DNA of 64,000 nucleotides from Actinomycetota bacterium. Lineage in GTDB: Bacteria > Actinomycetota > Acidimicrobiia > Actinomarinales > Actinomarinaceae. This document shows, piece by piece, positions 1 through 9,870 of the stretch. The position numbers and the translations under genes were made by a program. Every line of letters starts with the position of its first letter. Position 1 is the stretch's first letter. Under the pieces are notes generated by a model. It was not told the DNA's origin, ran no database searches, and was given only the letters and a program-made list of their open reading frames with translations. Location of the stretch: NCBI GenBank assembly GCA_027729925.1, contig JAQCEB010000002.1, forward strand, positions 8,239-72,238. The letters are read 5' to 3'.

Positions 1-1026
1 TCTCCTACTGAAATATTGAACAGCTGGCTTGGTGGAAAAACTATAATTTCTAATACAACTGTTACAGAAGAAAAAATTGCTGACCCTGAAGCTAAAGAGG
101 AAGTTGAAACTATAGATGTAGATTCAATTACAACAGAAGACCTTGAATTTACTGAGAATATATCAACTGAAACAGTCTCAATAAATTCTTCGGTAGTTAT
201 TGATGAAAAATTTGACCCACCAGTAAAACTTGGAATAAAAATTTCCAAATCATTAAAATTTGGATCTATTTATGGCTTAATTGTTGGCTTTATAGAAGCA
301 ATATTTATAAGTTCTTTTTTGTTTGAAGGTTTAGTTCTCGAAGCTGACACACAAAATATAATTTCTGAATTCAATGCTATTGAATTTTTGTTAGTTTTAG
401 CACTAATGAGCTCACTATTTGGTATGTTGAATTCAATAAATATCAAAAAATTTTTTGAAACAAACTTTAATGGATATTCGATATACACATCAGACCGTGA
501 GTCTTTAATCACTGGTTCAGGATTAGGTCTTATATTTGGTGCTATTAGTGCGTTTTATATAATAAATTCTGTTGGACAAACAATAGAACCTATTTTGCCT
601 GATGAATCTGCAATAAACTTAATAAGTGTGGGTAGTGCATTTTGGAGAACAGTTATTTTATCGTCAATTGTTCAAGGTTTGATTTCTGTCTTATCTATGA
701 TTTTAGGAGTTCCAAAAGGACTTGAAAATGAAGAATTTATTGAAGCAGAAAAGGTAAGGAAAAGAATTGTAGGGTCTGTCTTAATACCAATAGGCTCGAT
801 TGTTTTTGGAGGCTTAATAGCTTTTGGTATCGCTCAAGTCTTTTTAAATTTCCATGAATTAGCTCCCCTATTTGCTCTAATAATCTCTGCAGCAATTTTG
901 ATTTTTGCAAGTGTTATGAGTTCGGCACCAAAAATAAAAGTCACTAAAACTGAGTTTATAATTGCTTTTACAGGAATTATTGTATTAATTATCATCATAG
1001 GTAGCGTTGCTGCAAGCCAGCATTAA
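1..1026 (+). CDS. Multi-pass membrane protein of unknown function with an acidic Thr/Glu-rich N-terminal region; probably 5'-truncated by the window edge
   Basis: The ORF track starts at TTG 16, but the frame is open back to base 1. The C-terminal two thirds consists of several hydrophobic helices. No family motif recognised. Confidence 0.45.
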   Translation, partial: SPTEILNSWLGGKTIISNTTVTEEKIADPEAKEEVETIDVDSITTEDLEFTENISTETVSINSSVVIDEKFDPPVKLGIKISKSLKFGSIYGLIVGFIEAIFISSFLFEGLVLEADTQNIISEFNAIEFLLVLALMSSLFGMLNSINIKKFFETNFNGYSIYTSDRESLITGSGLGLIFGAISAFYIINSVGQTIEPILPDESAINLISVGSAFWRTVILSSIVQGLISVLSMILGVPKGLENEEFIEAEKVRKRIVGSVLIPIGSIVFGGLIAFGIAQVFLNFHELAPLFALIISAAILIFASVMSSAPKIKVTKTEFIIAFTGIIVLIIIIGSVAASQH

Positions 1027-1029
1027 ATT

Positions 1030-2289
1030 ATGAATAAAGATTTTGATAGCTTAGAGTTAATCAAAATATATTTAAAGTCAAAAAGATTTGAAGGTATAAA
1101 AAGAACTTATTCTCCTGAAAAAGTTCAAGAATTACGTAGTAAGATAAAAATCTCTTACGATATATCTAATTTAGGAGCTTTAAACCTGTGGGAACTTCTA
1201 AACCAGCCATCAAAGTGGGTTTCTGGTCTTGGCTCAGCTACTGTTCAACAAGCAATGCAATTAGAGAAGCTAGATTTTCAAATTATTTATGTTAGTGGAT
1301 GGCAAATAGCAGCAGAAAGTAATTTTGGAACTAATACATATCCAGATCTCTCACTTTACCCTTCGAACAGCACTCCAGAGTTTGTTAGAAAAATAAATAA
1401 TACACTTTTAAGAAAATCAGCAGAAAATAAAAAATTAAAACTACCATCAATAATCGCTGACGGAGAATCAGGGTTTGGTGGCATTTATAATGTTTTTGAC
1501 TTAACAACACAATTCATAAATGCTGGAGCAGCAGGTATTCACTTTGAAGATCAATTAGCATCAGAAAAAAAATGTGGTCACGTGGGTGGTAAAGTTGTAA
1601 TACCAACTTTTGAATTTATTAAAAAATTAAATGCCTCGAGGCTAGCCTCTGATGTTCTAGGTGTTCCAATAGTTCTTATAGCGAGAACCGATGCTCTTCA
1701 TGCAAAGTTAGCAACTTCAGACTTTGACGATCGAGATAGAGAATATTTAAGTAAAAAAAGAACTTCTGATGGATATTTTGAAATAAAAAACAACAAAGAA
1801 TTAGCAATTACTAAATCTTTAGCATATGCAGAATTTGCTGATGTTATTTGGTGTGAAACTAATGATCCAGATTTAGGGTTTGCAAAAGAATTTGCAACAG
1901 AAATAAAAAATAAATTTCCTAATAAATTTTTAGCTTATAATTGTTCCCCTTCACTTAATTGGATGGATAAGTTCACTAAAAAAGAGTTGAATAATTTTCA
2001 AGAATCTTTATTTAAAATTGGATACAACTTACAGTTTGTTTCTTTGGCTGGATTTCATTCAATGATTAGTTCGTTTTACGAACTTGGAAAAAACTTTAAA
2101 GAAAGCAACATGGAAGCAATTGCTAATTTACAAGTGAAAGAAACTCAAATGTCAAAAAGTGGGTTTACGGGCTTAAAACATCAACAAGAAGTAGGTTCTA
2201 ACTATTATGAACTTGTGGGTGAAGCACTACTCGATGAAGATTCTGAACTTTTAATGAAAAAAGACTCCACAGAAAATACACAGTTTTAA
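1030..2289 (+). CDS. aceA: Isocitrate lyase
   Basis: 419 aa. Carries the isocitrate lyase signature KKCGHVGGK, plus YVSGWQIAAE and LIARTDA motifs. Confidence 0.9.
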   Translation: MNKDFDSLELIKIYLKSKRFEGIKRTYSPEKVQELRSKIKISYDISNLGALNLWELLNQPSKWVSGLGSATVQQAMQLEKLDFQIIYVSGWQIAAESNFGTNTYPDLSLYPSNSTPEFVRKINNTLLRKSAENKKLKLPSIIADGESGFGGIYNVFDLTTQFINAGAAGIHFEDQLASEKKCGHVGGKVVIPTFEFIKKLNASRLASDVLGVPIVLIARTDALHAKLATSDFDDRDREYLSKKRTSDGYFEIKNNKELAITKSLAYAEFADVIWCETNDPDLGFAKEFATEIKNKFPNKFLAYNCSPSLNWMDKFTKKELNNFQESLFKIGYNLQFVSLAGFHSMISSFYELGKNFKESNMEAIANLQVKETQMSKSGFTGLKHQQEVGSNYYELVGEALLDEDSELLMKKDSTENTQF

Positions 2290-2301
2290 TACAATAGATT
2301 A

Positions 2302-3153
2302 ATGAGTTATTTTAAAAATAAAACAATAGTCATGAGTGGTGGTTCTCGAGGTGTTGGACTAGAGATAGCAAAAGCTCTTGGAAAAGATGGTGCAAATATT
2401 GTAATTCTAGCAAAAACTACTGATCCTCACCCTTTACTTCCAGGAACTATATTTACTGCAGCTGAAGAGATTGAATCTGTAGGTGGCTCAGCGCTTCCAT
2501 TGGTTTGTGATATTCGATTTGAGGAACAAGTTCAAGAAGCTATTGATAAAGCTGTGGATAAGTTTGGTGGAATAGATATATGTATAAATAATGCAAGTGC
2601 AATACACTTATCAAATACCGAAAATACTCCAATGAAAAGATACGATCTAATGCATAATATTAATGTAAGAGGAACTTTTCTACTAAGCCAAAAATGCATC
2701 CCCCATCTTAAAAATGGAAACAATCCTCATATTTTAACTCTTTCTCCGCCTTTGAACATTGATAGAAAGTGGTTTGGATTAACGTTAGCCTACACAACAG
2801 CTAAGTATGGGATGTCACTAGTAGCACATGGTTTGGCTGAAGAGTTAGGACAATATAATATAGCCTCAAATTGTATATGGCCAAGAACTTCACTAGACAC
2901 TGCTGCAGTTAGAAATGTTATTGGAGCCGAACTAGTTAAAGGTTCTAGAAAAGCTACAATTTACGCAGATGCGGCATACGCTGTTCTTAAAAGAGATTCT
3001 AAAACTTGTACGGGTAACTTTTTTCTAGATCAAGATGTACTTGAAGAAGAAGGTGTGACTGATTTTGAAAAGTATGCTATTGAACCAGGTGCAACATTAG
3101 TGTCTGATTTTTTTGTTGATGATAATCCTGATGATTGGATTCAAGCTTTATAA
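2302..3153 (+). CDS. SDR-family NAD(P)-dependent oxidoreductase
   Basis: Rossmann glycine motif SGGSRGVGLE, NNASA motif, and catalytic Y-x3-K (YTTAK). Confidence 0.8.
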   Translation: MSYFKNKTIVMSGGSRGVGLEIAKALGKDGANIVILAKTTDPHPLLPGTIFTAAEEIESVGGSALPLVCDIRFEEQVQEAIDKAVDKFGGIDICINNASAIHLSNTENTPMKRYDLMHNINVRGTFLLSQKCIPHLKNGNNPHILTLSPPLNIDRKWFGLTLAYTTAKYGMSLVAHGLAEELGQYNIASNCIWPRTSLDTAAVRNVIGAELVKGSRKATIYADAAYAVLKRDSKTCTGNFFLDQDVLEEEGVTDFEKYAIEPGATLVSDFFVDDNPDDWIQAL

Positions 3154-3214
3154 ATAATATAAACAAGGTTCCTTAATAAATGGAATATTGTTTTTCTAAA
3201 AGGTAATATTTGTT

Positions 3215-3679
3215 ATGCGTAAAATGTTAAAAGCAGTTTTCTATGTTTTACTAATCTCTTTAGCTGCATGTGGTTCGCAAGAAGCAACTAGTAGCGAACC
3301 CGCAGTTATTAGAGTTGTAGATGATGAATTTTCACCAAAAATTATTAGAGTTGAACCTGGCACTACTGTAATTTGGGAATCTGGTGGAGCAAACAATCAT
3401 AATGTAATTGCTAGTGATGGTAGTTGGCAAGCAATTTCTTCAGATTATTTTGAATACGGAATAATAACAAAAGGTGACCAATATGAACACACCTTTACCG
3501 ATCCTGGTATTTATGAATACTACTGTCCATTTCATGGAACTAATGACAAAGGTATGGTTGGATTAGTAATTGTTGGAGATGTTGAGTATTCAGTTGAAGA
3601 AGCAGAAACAAAGACTGAACTAAGTAAAAATGTTTTAACAGTAAATACAAGATGCGGTCAATTCTTCAAGCGAAGGTGA
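3215..3679 (+). CDS. Cupredoxin (plastocyanin/azurin-like) lipoprotein; probably the N-terminal part of a frame-disrupted larger gene
   Basis: Lipobox LISLAAC. Type-1 copper ligand pattern HN...YYCPFHGTNDKGM. The last ~12 residues (TRCGQFFKRR) look like out-of-frame read-through. Confidence 0.7.
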   Translation: MRKMLKAVFYVLLISLAACGSQEATSSEPAVIRVVDDEFSPKIIRVEPGTTVIWESGGANNHNVIASDGSWQAISSDYFEYGIITKGDQYEHTFTDPGIYEYYCPFHGTNDKGMVGLVIVGDVEYSVEEAETKTELSKNVLTVNTRCGQFFKRR

Positions 3680-3773
3680 CTTAGTATTAGTTTACCCTGG
3701 TGTTTACAACGAAAGTGTTACTGTTACAACTGATTTTATAACTATTAGAGGTACCGATAGAAATAATGTAATT

Positions 3774-5159
3774 TTGGATGGAGAATTCATGTTTGAAAAC
3801 GGTATACAAATTTACGATACAGATGGAGTTTCAGTAGAAAATTTATCTGTAAGGAATTTTTCTTTAAATGGCGTGTATTGGAATTCCTCACTGGGATTTA
3901 GAGGTTCTTATTTGACCGTATATAACAATGGGGACTATGGAGTTTATGCTTTTGACTCTACAGATGGAATATTTAATAATATTTATGCTTCTGGACATCC
4001 TGATAGTGGAATTTATATAGGACAATGTTTTCCATGTAATTCATTAATATACGACAGTGTTATTGAAGGAAATGCACTTGGATATTCAGGTACCAATGCT
4101 GGTGGTCATCTATATATTTATAATAATATTTGGTATGACAACATGTCTGGAATTGTACCTAACACCTTAGATTCTGAGTTAAATCCTCCAGGACGTGAAA
4201 CGACAATTATAGGTAACTTAGTTCTTGATAACAATAATTACGATGCACCAACAAATCGTTTTGGGCTAGTAGCAAAAGGAAATGGAATTGTTGTACCCGG
4301 TCGAGTCGGTGATATTATTCAAAAAAATCTAGTAATTAATCATGACAAATACGGAATTGTTGCTAGTCCAATGCTAGATGCAAACCTTTACTTTTCACAA
4401 AACGTCAAAATTATCGACAACGTTGTTCTTGATTCAGGATATACTGATCTCGCTTTAGCAGGACCTTGGGGTCCAGGTAATTGTTTCGAAAACAATGTTT
4501 ATCAAACTTCAACTCCTCCACTTTTGGAACAACTACATAACTGCAGTGGAATAGATTCAAACTTTATTTTATCTCGATTTCCACTACAAGGTGATTCATC
4601 TGGATTGATGCTTTTGGCTGGTTTTTTTGCCGATGCTCAAAATCAAGAAGTTGATAAAAATAGATACAAAGAATACCCATGGCCGTCAGAACAAATAAAT
4701 ATGAGCTTCGAAAATATTTCAGAACCATCGCCAGCTATAGATATATTTTACATACCTGATTTGGAAAATATTGATGTACCTTATCACTTATTAAAAAATA
4801 ATACTTTAGAAGAAAATTTTGGATCAAAAAAGGAGATAATTATGAGTGGAGTTCCAATTTCAAGTCCAAGTATTTGGCAATTGTTGTTTCAATTGTATGG
4901 ATACTTAATGCCATTCGTGCTTTATGCAGCATGGACAGCATTAGCTTTAAGTGATTTGAATTCAAAAGAAATGAGTAACTCAAAAAAATATATTTGGCTT
5001 GGAATTGTTTTTCTTGTGCCATTTTTTGGAGTACTAGCCTATCATTTAATAGGTCCAAGCTCTGTTACAAAATCAATGAAAATAGCTGCTATAGGCGGAG
5101 GACTGATAAGCTATATTTTAATTTTGATTTTAACAGCTGTAATTAGTGGGCTGGTTTAA
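3774..5159 (+). CDS. Right-handed parallel beta-helix repeat protein with a C-terminal 2-3 TM anchor (PLD-N-like small membrane domain)
   Basis: Repeated NxxxG/IxxN beta-helix turns. The same frame is open and family-like upstream to 3645 (IQDAVNSSSEGDLVLVYPGVYNESVTVTTDFITIRGTDRNNVILDG) but has no start codon or signal peptide. The track start at 3774 is only a TTG. Confidence 0.7.
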   Translation: MDGEFMFENGIQIYDTDGVSVENLSVRNFSLNGVYWNSSLGFRGSYLTVYNNGDYGVYAFDSTDGIFNNIYASGHPDSGIYIGQCFPCNSLIYDSVIEGNALGYSGTNAGGHLYIYNNIWYDNMSGIVPNTLDSELNPPGRETTIIGNLVLDNNNYDAPTNRFGLVAKGNGIVVPGRVGDIIQKNLVINHDKYGIVASPMLDANLYFSQNVKIIDNVVLDSGYTDLALAGPWGPGNCFENNVYQTSTPPLLEQLHNCSGIDSNFILSRFPLQGDSSGLMLLAGFFADAQNQEVDKNRYKEYPWPSEQINMSFENISEPSPAIDIFYIPDLENIDVPYHLLKNNTLEENFGSKKEIIMSGVPISSPSIWQLLFQLYGYLMPFVLYAAWTALALSDLNSKEMSNSKKYIWLGIVFLVPFFGVLAYHLIGPSSVTKSMKIAAIGGGLISYILILILTAVISGLV

Positions 5160-5164
5160 TGAAA

Positions 5165-5728
5165 TTATCTATGTTCTTTAAATTCATGAAACAACCATGG
5201 AATCATTAAAAGAGCAGAAATTGGATCAAAATACCAAACATTGAATAAATAATTTAGTCCAATACCTAAAATAACCAAAATTGATAAATTGAGACAAAAT
5301 AATGTTTCTTTTGCTTCCGCTATTAAAACTTGGTTATTAAGTTTTTTTCCAAGCTGTAATTTTTTATAAGATAAAGGACCTTCTACCAAAATTGATATTG
5401 CTGCAAGTAATACTCCAAATAAAGTGGCTTCTGGTTTAATAGTATTTAATAAATCGTATGAAGATTTAATTAAAATAAAAAATGCTAAAGCCAAGAATGA
5501 ATAAGAAATAATTTTTTCAGCTTTTCTACCTACATTCTCATTTGATGATGTTACTCCCCAAATTGCGACCATAGAAGCTGTAATTTCAATTACGCTATCT
5601 AATCCAAAGCCTAGAAGAGAAGTGCTATTGTTTTTAATTCCAAGGTATAACGCAACAATTCCCTCGCCAATATTATAAATAATTGTTAACACAATTAAGT
5701 TTTTCGATTGGTTTAATGCATCATTCAC
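5165..5728 (-). CDS. Small cation-efflux-like integral membrane protein (CDF transmembrane domain only)
   Basis: 187 aa with ~5-6 TM helices. The GLDSVIE motif in a TM helix resembles short 'cation transporter' proteins. Weak call. Confidence 0.4.
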   Translation of the reverse strand: MNDALNQSKNLIVLTIIYNIGEGIVALYLGIKNNSTSLLGFGLDSVIEITASMVAIWGVTSSNENVGRKAEKIISYSFLALAFFILIKSSYDLLNTIKPEATLFGVLLAAISILVEGPLSYKKLQLGKKLNNQVLIAEAKETLFCLNLSILVILGIGLNYLFNVWYFDPISALLMIPWLFHEFKEHR

Positions 5729-5747
5729 AGATACTATTATAAGAACT

Positions 5748-6599
5748 ATGCCTTTTAAACATGTACTTTGTTATGGTACTTTAAATCCTGATCTAATTTA
5801 TTATGTTGATTCACTCCCAACTTCTGGTGGTGATATAAGAAGCACAAAATACAAAATTAGACCCGGGGGGACAGCTATAAATTGTGCAGAAAATATAAAT
5901 AATTGGTCTCTAATGGTTTCAGTTGGAGGTAATAGCTTAGCTAATGATGCGTTAGGCAATTATCTATTAAATTACCTCGATAATTTAAGTATTAATCATG
6001 ATTTAATTAATACAAATTCAAAAAACACACCTACTTGTTCAATATTTGTCGAAGATAATGGAGAAAGAACAATTGTCTCTTCTGGTTATAAAGATTCCAT
6101 ATGGAGTAATTTGAATAGCTTAAATCGTTTTGATTCACTTCTAATAGATAGGTACTCAATAAGTTATATTCGAGAAAACTTAAAAGATATAAAAAGAAAT
6201 AATAATATTTTTTTAGTTCAAGCTGGATACGAGGAAGAGATTGATTACGAAATAGATTTTCTTGTTGTGAGCAAAAATGAAATTGAAGTTTATGAAGCAA
6301 ACAAAATATTAGAAAATAATTTGGCGAAATATATTCTCTTAACCTCGTCTAATTTACCCGCAAGATTACTAGGAAAGGAAGGAGCAATTGAAATAGTACC
6401 ACCTGACTTTAATTCCATAGACTCAACAGGAGCTGGAGATTGCACTGCTGCATATATCGCAGCATTTGGAAATGAGGAAATAATAGATGTTGTTAAAAAA
6501 GCTTGTGCTGCAGGCGCAATTCTAGCAGGAACTAATGAACTTCCATCAATTTCAAAAATTCAAGAAATTTCTAAACTAGTCGAAGTTAATCCACGTTAG
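5748..6599 (+). CDS. PfkB-family carbohydrate/nucleoside kinase (ribokinase-like)
   Basis: Has the N-terminal GG region (RPGGTAIN) and the C-terminal PfkB signature DSTGAGDCTAAYIAAF. Confidence 0.8.
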   Translation: MPFKHVLCYGTLNPDLIYYVDSLPTSGGDIRSTKYKIRPGGTAINCAENINNWSLMVSVGGNSLANDALGNYLLNYLDNLSINHDLINTNSKNTPTCSIFVEDNGERTIVSSGYKDSIWSNLNSLNRFDSLLIDRYSISYIRENLKDIKRNNNIFLVQAGYEEEIDYEIDFLVVSKNEIEVYEANKILENNLAKYILLTSSNLPARLLGKEGAIEIVPPDFNSIDSTGAGDCTAAYIAAFGNEEIIDVVKKACAAGAILAGTNELPSISKIQEISKLVEVNPR

Positions 6600-6638
6600 A
6601 AATTTACAATATACTTAAAGTAGGACTAAAGTTATACC

Positions 6639-8417
6639 ATGGCTGTTGATTATAAAGCACCTATCAAAGATATTGTTTTCGGTTATGAGGTTATAGATTC
6701 TTATAATATTTTAAATAAAATTTCTTTGTTCAAAGATTTTTCAGAAAATATTGTTATTACCACTATGGAAGAGTGTGCAAAGTTTGCAGAGGGAGTTCTA
6801 GCTCCTATTAATAGTATAGGTGATCAGATTGGTGCTGTAATAAATGATGGTGTAGTCACTATGCCTGCAGGTTACAAAGAAGCTTATAATAAATTTAAAG
6901 AAGCTGGCTGGGCTTCTATATCTTTACCTCAAGAAATTGGTGGTGGTGGAATGCCAATAGCTTTGTCTGGAGGAACATTAGAAATTTTAAGCTCTGCTAA
7001 TTTAGCTTTCGGGCTTAGCGCCGGTGCTATTTCAGCAATTAATTTTCATGGAAGTGATGAACAAAAATCAAAGTTCTTACCAAAACTTGTATCAGGTGAA
7101 TGGACCGGCACAATGAATTTGAGTGAACCTCAAGCTGGTTCTGATTTAGGAACTATAAAAACAAAAGCTGAACTTGCAGAAAATGGTAGTTATAAAATTA
7201 CAGGAACAAAAGTTTGGATTACATTCGGTGATCACGATATGACTGAAAATATTATTCATCTTGTTTTAGCAAAATTACCAGGTTCTCCTGAAGGTACAAA
7301 AGGTATTTCAATGTTTATTGTTCCAAAAATTCTTATTAATGATGATGGTACTTTAGGTGACAAAAATAATGTTCAATGCTTGTCCATTGAGGAAAAGCTA
7401 GGTATTCATGCCAGTCCAACCTGTGTAATGGAATACGATGGTGCTATAGGTTATCTGGTAGGTGAAGAAAATAGGGGTCTGCACTATATGTTTACCATGA
7501 TGAATGAAGCCAGAATTTGGGTAGGCGGTCAAGGTTTAGCAAGTGCTTCTGCTGCTGTACAAGGAGCAGCTCAATATGCTCGTGACAGAGTTCAAGGTAG
7601 ACCAGTTGGTATGAGTAAGGAAGACGCAAAAAATGCATCAATAATTGAACATGCTGATGTTAGAAGAATGTTGCTTACTATAAAATCTTACGTTGATGCT
7701 ATGAGATATTTAATGTTTGATAACCAATTAATGCTAGATTTAGAATATTTTGGTGAAGATGAAGTTACTAAATCTTTAGGTGAAGAGAGATGCGCAATAT
7801 TAACTCCTATAACAAAAGCTTGGTTGTCAGACCTGGGTGTTGAACTTTCCTCACTTGCCATACAAGTATATGGTGGTATGGGTTATGTTGAAGAAACTGG
7901 TATTGCTCAATACTTGAGAGATGCAAGAATTGCTCCTATTTATGAAGGAACAAATGGTATTCAAGCATTAGATTTGATGTTTAGAAAACTTCCATTAGAC
8001 AATGGTCAGGCTATGCAAAGATTGCTTGGCGAAGTAACAAATCAAATAGAACTAATGAAAAATGGATCTGATTTAATGGTTTCACTTGCTAAAGAACTTG
8101 AAATTCATGTAAGTAAACTTTCTGAAGTAACTATGTGGTTAGCAACTAAAATGCTTGATGGTCAGCTAGTTGATGCAAGCGCAGCAGCAACTCCTTATTT
8201 AAAGATGTTTGGCCAGGTACTTGGTGGATACTATATGGGTAAAGCTGCAGTCTTAGCTGAAAAAAAATTAAAAGACGGTGATAATGAATTTTACTCAGAT
8301 AAATTGACCATATGTAAGTTTTACATACAACAACTTCTTCCAATTGCATCTGGTTACGCTTCTGCAATTACTGCAGGAAAAGAAGATCTTTTTAATATCA
8401 AAGCCGAAAATTTTTAG
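6639..8417 (+). CDS. Long-form acyl-CoA dehydrogenase
   Basis: 592 aa. ACAD motifs GTMNLSEPQAGSD, WITFGDHD, YEGTNGIQALDL, and a C-terminal extension domain. Confidence 0.85.
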   Translation: MAVDYKAPIKDIVFGYEVIDSYNILNKISLFKDFSENIVITTMEECAKFAEGVLAPINSIGDQIGAVINDGVVTMPAGYKEAYNKFKEAGWASISLPQEIGGGGMPIALSGGTLEILSSANLAFGLSAGAISAINFHGSDEQKSKFLPKLVSGEWTGTMNLSEPQAGSDLGTIKTKAELAENGSYKITGTKVWITFGDHDMTENIIHLVLAKLPGSPEGTKGISMFIVPKILINDDGTLGDKNNVQCLSIEEKLGIHASPTCVMEYDGAIGYLVGEENRGLHYMFTMMNEARIWVGGQGLASASAAVQGAAQYARDRVQGRPVGMSKEDAKNASIIEHADVRRMLLTIKSYVDAMRYLMFDNQLMLDLEYFGEDEVTKSLGEERCAILTPITKAWLSDLGVELSSLAIQVYGGMGYVEETGIAQYLRDARIAPIYEGTNGIQALDLMFRKLPLDNGQAMQRLLGEVTNQIELMKNGSDLMVSLAKELEIHVSKLSEVTMWLATKMLDGQLVDASAAATPYLKMFGQVLGGYYMGKAAVLAEKKLKDGDNEFYSDKLTICKFYIQQLLPIASGYASAITAGKEDLFNIKAENF

Positions 8418-8806
8418 TGCTAGAAAATCTAAATTTAAAAAATACAAAAATTGCACTTATAGGCTCAAGCAATAATCCTGAAAAATATGGAAATAAAATT
8501 TTATTAAACTTATTGTCAAAAGGTCATCAAGTATTCCCAATAAGCAAAAAGGAAGAATACATAGCTAACCAAAAATGTTTTTCAGAGATTAAAAATTTAA
8601 ACTTTATTCCAGACATTATTAATTTTGTGATTCCACCAAGCATAGGTTTTGAATTAACAATAGATCTTGTAAATCAAGGATATGATAATTTTTGGTATCA
8701 ACCAGGTGCGGAAAGCAAAGAGATCTCTGATTTTTTAAGATTAAACAACAAAAATTATATCGACGACAAATGCATTATGGTAGAGTCTAAAAATTTAAAT
8801 AATTAA
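8417..8806 (+). CDS. CoA-binding domain protein (YccU-like)
   Basis: 129 aa. N-terminal IALIGSSNNPEKYGNK Rossmann-like CoA-binding pattern. The GTG start overlaps the upstream TAG by 1 nt. Confidence 0.6.
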   Translation: MLENLNLKNTKIALIGSSNNPEKYGNKILLNLLSKGHQVFPISKKEEYIANQKCFSEIKNLNFIPDIINFVIPPSIGFELTIDLVNQGYDNFWYQPGAESKEISDFLRLNNKNYIDDKCIMVESKNLNN

Positions 8807-9855
8807 CTTTCACTATTTTTGTTAACTTCGTTTAATTCGTTAAAAGATTTTTCTAATTTGTTTACTCTAGTCGTTTTTAAAGATTCAAAAGACTGAACTG
8901 TTTGGTCTAATTTTTTAGTAACATCATCAAAAGATTCTAAGAATTTATGTATTTCATTTTTAACTTTTTCGTGTGCAATTAATATATTTTTTGTGTCATT
9001 TTGAAGATTAAAAAGTTTCATAGATTGTCTAATAGTTTCTAAATACGCCATCAAAGTTTGCGGACTTACTAATATAACTTTTTTTGAAAATGCATATTGT
9101 ATAACAGGTATTTTTTGAGCCCCAATTTCTGCAGTTAGTAAGTACTGATAAAGGTTCTCAAGGGGTATATACATTAATACAAAGTCGACTGTACCTTCTT
9201 CTTGAGAAATATATCCTTCCCGCGAAGAAGTTTCATCAATTTTTAACTTAATTGACTTATCAATAAATTCTTTATTTTTCACTTTTATAGACTCAGTTAA
9301 TTGTTTTCTTTTAATCTCATCAATAGTGGGGTCTTCCAGTTCTGTTCCTATTTGTGAAATTTCTAAATAATTATTTAAGGGAAACTTAGAATCCATATTT
9401 ATTGTTTTATTATCTGGCAAGAAAAAAGTAAAGTCAGGTTTGGTTCCACTTTTCATTTGTTTTTGAGTAACATAATGAATCCCAGATTTGTAATCCATAA
9501 TTCCCAAAAGGTCTTCTACTTGAAACTCAGCCCATTGTCCTCGGCTTTGGTTGTTATTTAGTACAGATATTAAATTCTTAGTTTGTTGGTCAACTCCTGA
9601 TAATGAAGATTTAATCTCACCTGTTTTTTCAATGAAATCTTTAACAGTCTGATCAGATTTGCTGAGTAATTTATATATCTGAGACTCTTCATTTTCAATT
9701 AGCTCGCTAACAATTCCTTTAATTAGATACTCGTCTTCACTTTTATCTTTAGGTTTTGATTTTTTTAATGAAATATATAAATTAATTATTAATAAAAAGA
9801 GAATAAGAATACTTAGGATTTCCATAAAACTAATTGTAATACCTTGGAAGGACAA
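8803..9855 (-). CDS. rmuC: DNA recombination protein RmuC
   Basis: N-terminal TM helix, coiled-coil, and a C-terminal nuclease-like core (GQWAEFQVEDLL, PDFTFFLP, MDSKFPL, VLMYIPLE, VSPQTLMAYL). Confidence 0.8.
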   Translation of the reverse strand: MSFQGITISFMEILSILILFLLIINLYISLKKSKPKDKSEDEYLIKGIVSELIENEESQIYKLLSKSDQTVKDFIEKTGEIKSSLSGVDQQTKNLISVLNNNQSRGQWAEFQVEDLLGIMDYKSGIHYVTQKQMKSGTKPDFTFFLPDNKTINMDSKFPLNNYLEISQIGTELEDPTIDEIKRKQLTESIKVKNKEFIDKSIKLKIDETSSREGYISQEEGTVDFVLMYIPLENLYQYLLTAEIGAQKIPVIQYAFSKKVILVSPQTLMAYLETIRQSMKLFNLQNDTKNILIAHEKVKNEIHKFLESFDDVTKKLDQTVQSFESLKTTRVNKLEKSFNELNEVNKNSES

Positions 9856-9870
9856 AAAAATTTGTAAAAT

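Noticed and set aside
3677-3679. Programmed +1 frameshift at the TGA that ends the cupredoxin ORF
   Set aside because: Shifting there would skip the conserved IQDAVNSSSEGD segment, which is already in the +1 frame from 3645. There is no prfB-like slippery context either. A simple indel near 3647 is more parsimonious.
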